In this document: positions 26,641 through 32,000 of the stretch, piece by piece
Numbering within the stretch: position 1 is the stretch's first letter
Layout: every line of letters starts with the position of its first letter
NCBI GenBank assembly: GCA_965250005.1
Contig: OZ252279.1
Location: forward strand, 1,260,001 to 1,292,000
Direction: 5' to 3'
DNA length: 32,000 nucleotides
DNA from: Demequinaceae bacterium
GTDB lineage: Bacteria; Actinomycetota; Actinomycetes; Actinomycetales; Demequinaceae
Notes under the pieces: model-generated
Told to the model about the DNA's origin: nothing
The model's database searches: none
What the model saw: only the letters and a program-made list of their open reading frames with translations
Translations under genes and position numbers: made by a program

Positions 26641-26786
26641 GTCTTCCCTCTCGTTCGGTCTCGGTCCCACCGAAGCCGGTCCCTTGCTGCTCTCAAAACT
26701 CTTCGCCGGGCACACAAGAAGCGGAAAACTAACCGCGCCACCCTGCGCTTAAGGCGTCCTTTGAAGATACAAAAAACGGGCCGAAA

Positions 26787-26802
26787 ACGCAACATCTAGG
26801 GG
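26787..26802. promoter_or_regulatory. NrdR box (proximal)
   Basis: ACGCAACATCTAGGGG (reverse complement CCCCTAGATGTTGCGT) matches the core of the NrdR-box consensus acaCwAtATaTwGtgt. It lies ~150 nt upstream of the nrdA start. Confidence 0.7.
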
Positions 26803-26818
26803 CGTGTCGGCGATATGA

Positions 26819-26834
26819 CCCCTAGATATGGGGG
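26819..26834. promoter_or_regulatory. NrdR box (distal)
   Basis: CCCCTAGATATGGGGG is a 12/16 self-complementary palindrome. Its centre is 32 bp from the centre of the proximal box, which is the usual tandem NrdR-box phasing. Confidence 0.75.
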
Positions 26835-27222
26835 TTCCTGTTAACAAACCTGTGCATGCCGTGTGGACAACGCGGCGTGTCGTCCACAATCTGACTCCCG
26901 AATTGGGGACGATCCGCGCGCTGGCCTTCGAGGGCGTCTCGCGACGTGCTCTCAGGCATGACTCAAGTGTATCGCGAGGGTCTGACGCGTCTGAAGCCGT
27001 TTTCTAGGCACGGCCAGTCGAATCGAGAGTGGCGAGCCAGACTCGCACTACCCGCAGCGCTTGTCTCACCGCTGCTATCGCGCCACCAAACGCGGGCACC
27101 GCAAGAGCCAGGTGTACTACCACCAGGAGAGGAACGCCTACCGCAAGTCACGAGGCTATCGACCCGCTCAGGGGCGGTTCCACGAACGGTTCGAACACGT
27201 CGCTCATTCAGTGCGACAAGAA

Positions 27223-27861
27223 TCAGTCCACGACACCGTACAGCCGGTCACCAGCGTCGCCGAGCCCGGGCACGATATACCCGACTTCGTTGAGCTTCTC
27301 GTCAACACACGCCACAACCACGGCCACATCGGCCCGGTCGCCGACGGCCGTGCGAACCGCCTCTATGCCCTCAGGCGCCGCGAGCAGGCACACGCACGTG
27401 ACGTCCTTCGCTCCGCGCTCGAGCACGTAATCGATTGCCATGATGAGAGAGCCGCCCGTCGCGAGCATCGGGTCGATGAGGAACACTTGGCGGCCTGTCA
27501 GATCATCGGGCAGCCGGTTGGCGTACGTGATCGCCTCGAGAGTCGCCTCGTCGCGCTTGAGCCCAAGAAATCCGACTTCCGCGCTGGGCACGAGCCGTGT
27601 GATGCCGTCGAGCATCCCAAGGCCTGCGCGCAAGATCGGCACGATGATCGGCGCGGGGCGCGAAATCACGGTCCCGATCGTCTTCACGAGCGGCGTCTCG
27701 ACCTCCTTGGGCTCAACTCGCACGTGGCGGGTTGCCTCATACGCGAGGAGCGTCACAAGTTCGTCCACGAGCAACCTGAACGTCGCGGAAGGTGTGTTCT
27801 TGTCCCGGAGAACGGTCACCTTGTGGTCAATGAGCGGGTGGTCCGCAACGTGTACGCGCAT
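27223..27861 (-). CDS. upp: Uracil phosphoribosyltransferase
   Basis: [23 protein letters not shown]....FR.LV.EL..LLAYEAT, the PRPP loop [11 protein letters not shown], and the C-terminal [15 protein letters not shown]. The internal ATG 27861 gives the canonical 212 aa. The 57-codon upstream extension in the track would overlap the neighbouring gene. Confidence 0.93.
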   Translation of the reverse strand: MRVHVADHPLIDHKVTVLRDKNTPSATFRLLVDELVTLLAYEATRHVRVEPKEVETPLVKTIGTVISRPAPIIVPILRAGLGMLDGITRLVPSAEVGFLGLKRDEATLEAITYANRLPDDLTGRQVFLIDPMLATGGSLIMAIDYVLERGAKDVTCVCLLAAPEGIEAVRTAVGDRADVAVVVACVDEKLNEVGYIVPGLGDAGDRLYGVVD

Positions 27862-27932
27862 GTCAACACCGTACTCGCGCCACCGTGGCCCGTCACCCTC
27901 AGTCTCAGCGAGGCCGGGTGTATGTTTCACGA

Positions 27933-29531
27933 ATGACAACAAACCGGATTCTCGACCGGCTAGGCGCCGCGCGTGTGGCCCTCCTCCCGCTACTTGCTGG
28001 CGTGGTGCTTGCCGCTTGGTCGGTCGCTTCACCAGTCGGTTCCTCGCCAGACGAGGATTTCCACCTCACCAGTGCCTGGTGCGCCTACGGCGACCGCGAG
28101 GACATTTGCGCCACAACGAACGAGCCACACCTGCGCGTCGTTCCCGAAGCGCTCGTCGACGAAGCGATCTGCTACGCGCACCGCCCTGCGCAGAGCGCCG
28201 CGTGCCAAGGCGCCGAGTTCGGCTTGCACCCTGAGCAAGCTGTCATCACCAGCCGCGGGAATTTCACCGGCCTGTACTCCGGCGGATATTACATGTACAC
28301 CGGGCTCTTCGCGTCCGACAACGTGGAGCGATCCGTCGTTGGGATGCGCCTCGCAAACATCGCGCTCACGCTCGGACTCCTCATCGTTTGCTACTGGGCG
28401 CTCCCCACGCGCCGACGCATCTTGCTAGTTGTCCCGGTGTTGGTCACCGCCGTTCCTTACGGAACTTTCCTGACATCATCCGTCAATCCGAGTGGCTGGG
28501 CCCACGCCTCGGCCGCAGCGGTATTTGTGAGCGTCGTTGGCTACTACGAGACCACTGGAAAGAAGCAGGCAATCCTCTCTGCCGTAGCAGCGTTCGCCGT
28601 GATTATCGGCGGCTCCGCTAGATCGGACGCGGCGGTCTGGGCGGCGCTTGCCATCGTCGCGGCCACAGTCGTGAGCGCGTCTCGAGCGCCCGAGTTTAGG
28701 AAGCTGCTCGTGCTTCCGACGGCATTCATCCTGTTCTCGTTCGTGCTCTGGGCCTCCGCCAAAAACGGGACCGCGCAACTCTTCACAGCCCCCGAAGGCG
28801 CGATCGTCCCCTCACCATCCGAGATGTTCCAGGTGATCCTGCCGAACATCTCGGAGCTATGGGCAGGGACCTTCGGTTCCGGCGGGCCGCGATCAGCGTG
28901 GGGGCTCGGGTGGGAAGACACGCCGATGCCTGGCGGGGTGTGGGTATCGATGCTCGCGCTGTACTCGGCCACGCTCTTCGCAGGGCTGAGGGCCGTCGAC
29001 CGGCGCAAAGGCCTCGCGCTCGGAATCGTCCTTTTTGCACTTGTCGCCGCGCCCACCTATGTGCAGATCGGGACCTCGCTTCCCGTGGGCTATTACACGC
29101 AGCCGCGCTACCTCGTCCCGGTGATGATCATTCTGGTCAGCCTCGCGCTATACCGCCGAGAGGGGACACAGTTCTCGCTATCGCGACCGCAATGGTGGAC
29201 CGGAGTCACCCTGATTACCCTCGCTCATGCGATCGCGCTCCATACAAATATCCGGCGTTATGTCACTGGCCTCGACGAGTTTTCGTGGAACCTGGACACC
29301 GACGTCGAGTGGTGGTGGGACGGCGCGCCAGCGCCATCAATCGTCTGGCTTGTCGGAACCGTCGCCTTCGGTGCCGTCGTCGTCCTCGCGCTGCGTTTGG
29401 TCGGTGTCGTACCTATCGCCGAGCACGCTACCGCGCCACAGGCAATCACGCCGAGTGGAGCTTCGATCACGAAGGGCGCGAAAAAAACCAAGCCTCGTTC
29501 GAAGAACAAGACGAAGGCGAAGACCACCTGA
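27933..29531 (+). CDS. DUF2142-type polytopic membrane protein (GT-C-like), with a Lys-rich C-terminal tail
   Basis: About 12 TM. The N-terminal loop [17 protein letters not shown] is the hallmark (s)PDE..H motif I associate with DUF2142. The tail reads [22 protein letters not shown] 27933 is preferred over 27885, which leaves a 71-bp divergent spacer to upp. Confidence 0.6.
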   Translation: MTTNRILDRLGAARVALLPLLAGVVLAAWSVASPVGSSPDEDFHLTSAWCAYGDREDICATTNEPHLRVVPEALVDEAICYAHRPAQSAACQGAEFGLHPEQAVITSRGNFTGLYSGGYYMYTGLFASDNVERSVVGMRLANIALTLGLLIVCYWALPTRRRILLVVPVLVTAVPYGTFLTSSVNPSGWAHASAAAVFVSVVGYYETTGKKQAILSAVAAFAVIIGGSARSDAAVWAALAIVAATVVSASRAPEFRKLLVLPTAFILFSFVLWASAKNGTAQLFTAPEGAIVPSPSEMFQVILPNISELWAGTFGSGGPRSAWGLGWEDTPMPGGVWVSMLALYSATLFAGLRAVDRRKGLALGIVLFALVAAPTYVQIGTSLPVGYYTQPRYLVPVMIILVSLALYRREGTQFSLSRPQWWTGVTLITLAHAIALHTNIRRYVTGLDEFSWNLDTDVEWWWDGAPAPSIVWLVGTVAFGAVVVLALRLVGVVPIAEHATAPQAITPSGASITKGAKKTKPRSKNKTKAKTT

Positions 29532-29535
29532 CCCG

Positions 29536-29994
29536 ATGGACGCACAATTCGACGGCGCCATGGCCGCAGCCCTTGCGCAAGCGCGGGACGCGGCCGCGCA
29601 CGACGACATCCCGGTAGGCGCGGTCGTGCTCGATGGCAGCGGCGCGATAGTGGCCCGCGCGCACAACCGGCGCGAAATCGACTCGGATCCGACCGCGCAC
29701 GCCGAAATCCTCGCGCTGCGTCAGGCTGCAGACGCGACAGGAACGTGGCGGTTGGATGGCCACACGCTCGTCGTCACGCTTGAGCCTTGTTCCATGTGCG
29801 CGGGCGCAATCCTGCAAGCGCGCATCCCTCGGCTCGTGATCGGGGCCTGGGATGCAAAGGCCGGCGCCACCGGCTCCCAGTGGGACCTCGTTCGAGACGG
29901 ACGCGTCGGAGCAAAGGTCGAGGTGATTCCAAATGTGCGATCCGAGGAGTGCGCCCAGTTGCTGACCGATTTTTTTGAGACGCACCGCAACTAG
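29536..29994 (+). CDS. tadA: tRNA-specific adenosine deaminase TadA
   Basis: 152 aa. CDA zinc motifs HAEILAL and LEPCSMCAGA. Typical position next to a tRNA-Ser gene. The internal ATG 29536 lies 4 nt after the upstream stop. Confidence 0.88.
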   Translation: MDAQFDGAMAAALAQARDAAAHDDIPVGAVVLDGSGAIVARAHNRREIDSDPTAHAEILALRQAADATGTWRLDGHTLVVTLEPCSMCAGAILQARIPRLVIGAWDAKAGATGSQWDLVRDGRVGAKVEVIPNVRSEECAQLLTDFFETHRN

Positions 29995-30047
29995 CGTCAT
30001 TCGTTCCAGTTTGGTCGCAGCCACGCGCGGCGGGTATCCTCGTCCAC

Positions 30048-30137
30048 GGTGGCGTGTCCGAGCGGCCTAAGGAGCACGCCTCGAAAGCGTGTGTGGGGGA
30101 AACTCCACCGTGGGTTCAAATCCCACCGCCACCGCCA
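30048..30137 (+). tRNA. tRNA-Ser (anticodon CGA), long variable arm, encoded CCA
   Basis: GGTGGCG..TCCGAGCGGCCTAAGGAG..CACGC-CTCGAAA-GCGTG..long variable arm..GTGGG-TTCAAAT-CCCAC-CGCCACC-G-CCA. The acceptor, anticodon and T stems all pair. Confidence 0.93.
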
Positions 30138-30189
30138 CATGAGCCCGGCTCGCGCCACGCGACGCGCGTCGGGCTCAGTGCGTTCCGCG

Positions 30190-30624
30190 CTAAGCCGCCG
30201 TGCTAGCGATTCCGAAACTCGTAGTGAAGACGATAAGGATCGCCCAGCCGAGGATCCCCAGGTAGCCCATAACGAGCGCGGCCCGCGCAAGCCCGCCGCC
30301 CGCCTCGCCTGTCCTGCCCACCGCGATCAGCGCTCTGTGACCCAGGATGACGGCGATAATGCTGACCACGGGGATGATCCCGAGCAGCGACATAACGAAC
30401 GCGATGATGGCCGACACGTTGGTGCTTGGGCGCGCCGGGAAGGTGCCGGGCGCGCCCGGCCCGACGGCGGCGGTGGCGGATCGGTTGGGCGCGGCCGGGG
30501 CACCTGCGCCCGCGGTTGACTGTCCACCATAGAATCCAGGGGCCGAAGCCGCGGGAGGGGTCGGCACCCGCTCGCCGGGTTCTGGAGGGGGCGCGAACGG
30601 GTTTGAGTCGCCAGCTTCATTCAC
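30190..30624 (-). CDS. DUF4190-like small membrane protein (Pro/Gly/Ala-rich N-terminus, two C-terminal TM helices)
   Basis: 144 aa. Disordered N-terminus NPFAPPPEPGERVPTPP..., then SAIIAFVMSLLGIIPVVSIIAVILGHRAL......ALVMGYLGILGWAILIVF, the pattern of DUF4190 proteins. Confidence 0.6.
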   Translation of the reverse strand: MNEAGDSNPFAPPPEPGERVPTPPAASAPGFYGGQSTAGAGAPAAPNRSATAAVGPGAPGTFPARPSTNVSAIIAFVMSLLGIIPVVSIIAVILGHRALIAVGRTGEAGGGLARAALVMGYLGILGWAILIVFTTSFGIASTAA

Positions 30625-30637
30625 GATTGCTCCAGTC

Positions 30638-31351
30638 CTAGGCTACGTCAGACGCAGGCGAAACGGTGGGGTCCGGGGTGACAAGCGGCACGGTCGGGTC
30701 AACGGGAAGTGTCTTGGGCCCGGGCTCGGCGACGATGAACTTGGCCGCCCGGCACGCTGACGCCGCCGACAACGGGATGTCAGCGTCGAGCTCCTCGGCA
30801 GAGAGCAGTCGCAGCGACTTCTCGTCGTAAAGAAGTCCGAGCACCACATCGACCGTCCTGCCGTCGCGTGTGTCCAGCACAAGTTCCGACTCGACGAAGT
30901 GGCGTGCAACTGTGTACGCCTGAGCGACGCCCTCTTCGCCAAAGCTGATCCTCACAACGCCGTCGTACTCACCCTTGCTCCAGTTGGTGGCGCCTCCGCT
31001 GATGAAGCCGCGACCAATCATGTCGCCGAGCGCGGTGCCAGCGAGACCCGACACCTTAGTGCTGTTGAGCACGCGAACAACCGTCTCTCCGGCTGGAAGC
31101 GGCAACGTGTCCGCGGGCGGACATGCCAGCGTGATCTCGCTGCCGAAGTCCCCGGCGATGGTGATGATCGGCTCTGAAAAGGGTCCAGCCGTTCGCTCTG
31201 AATAGACCGATGCAGCGCCAAAAGCAACAGTGCCGAGCCCAATGAGCATCAACCCAAACAACAACAGCTGGCGTTCGCGGCGCCGCCTCTTGAGCACCTG
31301 ACGGCGCGTTCGCATGGTCGACGTTGTCGGCTTGGGAGTCTTGTCGTTCAC
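30638..31351 (-). CDS. LytR_C (LytR/CpsA/Psr C-terminal) domain membrane-anchored protein
   Basis: Basic N-terminus (RTRRQVLKRRRRERQ), one TM, then VRVLNSTKVSGLAGTALGDMIGRGF, typical of the LytR_C domain. GTG start. Same strand as, and adjacent to, the DUF4190 gene. Confidence 0.6.
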   Translation of the reverse strand: MNDKTPKPTTSTMRTRRQVLKRRRRERQLLLFGLMLIGLGTVAFGAASVYSERTAGPFSEPIITIAGDFGSEITLACPPADTLPLPAGETVVRVLNSTKVSGLAGTALGDMIGRGFISGGATNWSKGEYDGVVRISFGEEGVAQAYTVARHFVESELVLDTRDGRTVDVVLGLLYDEKSLRLLSAEELDADIPLSAASACRAAKFIVAEPGPKTLPVDPTVPLVTPDPTVSPASDVA

Positions 31352-31378
31352 GGCACAACCCTAATCGAGACTGAACCT

Positions 31379-31466
31379 TGGCGGAGGATAGGGGATTCGA
31401 ACCCCTGAGGGCTTGCACCCAACACGCTTTCCAAGCGTGCGCCATAGGCCACTAGGCGAATCCTCC
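31379..31466 (-). tRNA. tRNA-Ser (anticodon GGA), long variable arm, encoded CCA
   Basis: The reverse complement reads GGAGGAT..GCCTAGTGGCCTATGGC..CACGC-TTGGAAA-GCGTG..variable arm..AGGGG-TTCGAAT-CCCCT-ATCCTCC-G-CCA. Confidence 0.93.
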
Positions 31467-31571
31467 AAGGCCATTGATGTTACTAGAGCAACGCACACCT
31501 ACCGAACCGCGTGCCCGCGGCTTCCCTAAACGGCTCCAAACACGTCGATTTACGTGGCTAGACTTGTGCAC

Positions 31572-31660
31572 GGCCCCTCACGCGACGCCACCTTTCGGAA
31601 CTCCCCCAGGGCAGAAATGCAGCAAGGGTACGGAAGCTCTGGTGGGTGCGTGGGGGGTCC
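31572..31660 (+). ncRNA. ffs: Signal recognition particle RNA (small bacterial 4.5S type)
   Basis: The helix-8 core CAGG-GCA-GAAA-TGC-AGCA-AGGG parallels E. coli 4.5S CAGG-UCC-GGAA-GGA-AGCA-GCCAAGG. The closing stem CCCCUCACGC (31574-31583) pairs with GCGUGGGGGG (31648-31657). It sits immediately upstream of dnaX, the usual synteny. The ends are approximate. Confidence 0.8.
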
Positions 31661-31716
31661 TTTGCGTTGCTAACTAGTTCCGGCCGATGCGGTTGTGGGC
31701 GGCCTGGCCTAGAGTC

Positions 31717-32000
31717 ATGTCTGTGACTATTGCGCTCTATCGCCGCTACCGGCCGGACACCTTTGCGGAAGTCGTCGGCCAGGAGCACGTCACCGACCCA
31801 CTCCGGCAGGCGCTCAGGGCCGATCGAGTCAATCACGCGTACCTGTTTAGCGGGCCGCGGGGCTGCGGGAAAACCACCTCAGCGCGCATTCTCGCTCGGT
31901 GTCTCAACTGCGTAGAAGGGCCCACGGACACGCCGTGTGGCGTGTGCGACTCGTGCGTCGAACTCGCGCGCGGCGGTTCTGGCTCGGTTGACGTGGTCGA
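31717..32000 (+). CDS. dnaX: DNA polymerase III subunit gamma/tau, N-terminal fragment (continues beyond the window)
   Basis: MSVTIALYRRYRPDTFAEVVGQEHVTDPLRQAL...HAYLFSGPRGCGKTTSARILARCLNC..GPTDTPCGVCDSC. This covers the AAA+ Walker A and the zinc-module cysteines. Confidence 0.92.
   Translation, partial: MSVTIALYRRYRPDTFAEVVGQEHVTDPLRQALRADRVNHAYLFSGPRGCGKTTSARILARCLNCVEGPTDTPCGVCDSCVELARGGSGSVDVV

Noticed and set aside
26641-26786. Cobalamin riboswitch in the nrdA leader
   Set aside because: I looked for one because I recall a B12 riboswitch on a Streptomyces class Ia nrd operon. The leader is only ~150 nt, and I could find no B12-box (GCCACTG-like core) or the conserved GGTGC/AA.C.GGGAA elements.
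26825-26959. 44-codon minus-strand ORF (MPESTSRDALEGQRADRPQFGSQIVDDTPRCPHGMHRFVNRNPHI) upstream of nrdA
   Set aside because: There is no SD, it runs into the distal NrdR box, and it resembles no small protein I know (it is not NrdH/NrdI-like). It is most likely a chance ORF.
27061-27936. 291-aa + strand ORF opposite upp
   Set aside because: It is the mirror frame of the clearly recognisable uracil phosphoribosyltransferase gene, and its translation has no family features.
30000-31470. Genomic island or integrated element at the two tRNA-Ser genes
   Set aside because: No integrase, recombinase or phage-like ORF is present. Only two small conserved membrane proteins (DUF4190, LytR_C) lie between the tRNAs, both flanks are housekeeping genes (tadA, ffs/dnaX), and I saw no duplicated tRNA 3' segment.

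Overview
High-GC actinobacterial chromosome segment (Actinomycetales/Micrococcales-like). It is mostly core genome, with one surface-glycan locus and one unusual signalling gene. No CRISPR array, transposase or integrase is visible.

Gene order, left to right:
1. A cell-surface polysaccharide locus (1-7188). It has a truncated GT2, a CapF/WbjC-like protein, a GT4, an RmlD-like SDR, CapE/FnlA-like and CapG/FnlC-like enzymes (the UDP-2-acetamido-2,6-dideoxy-L-hexose, L-FucNAc-type pathway), and a convergent polytopic membrane protein.
2. A TPP riboswitch controlling a thiBPQ-type thiamine ABC importer.
3. A rhodanese.
4. The HAIR/HspR-controlled dnaK-grpE-dnaJ-hspR operon.
5. A class V PLP enzyme.
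6. A DrrAB-like ABC-2 exporter.
7. A divergent pair: a degenerate GGDEF-like protein and a ~940-aa single-chain ECF sigma / zinc anti-sigma (HxxxCxxC) / membrane / extracytoplasmic-domain fusion that carries a perfect 18-bp tandem repeat.
8. An NrdR-box-controlled nrdA-nrdB operon. Its beta subunit has the class Ic (Phe-for-Tyr, Glu-for-Asp) signature, and its alpha subunit has a ~240-aa low-complexity C-terminal linker.
9. upp, a DUF2142 membrane protein, tadA, tRNA-Ser(CGA), a DUF4190 protein and a LytR_C protein, tRNA-Ser(GGA), the SRP (4.5S) RNA, and the start of dnaX.

The most interesting candidates:
- the fused sigma/anti-sigma sensor and its neighbour;
- the apparently split CapF function in the glycan locus;
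- a G9 homopolymer in the glycan locus divergent promoter;
- the class Ic RNR features.

All functional calls come from reading motifs in the translations and from remembered family sequences. No database search was run.
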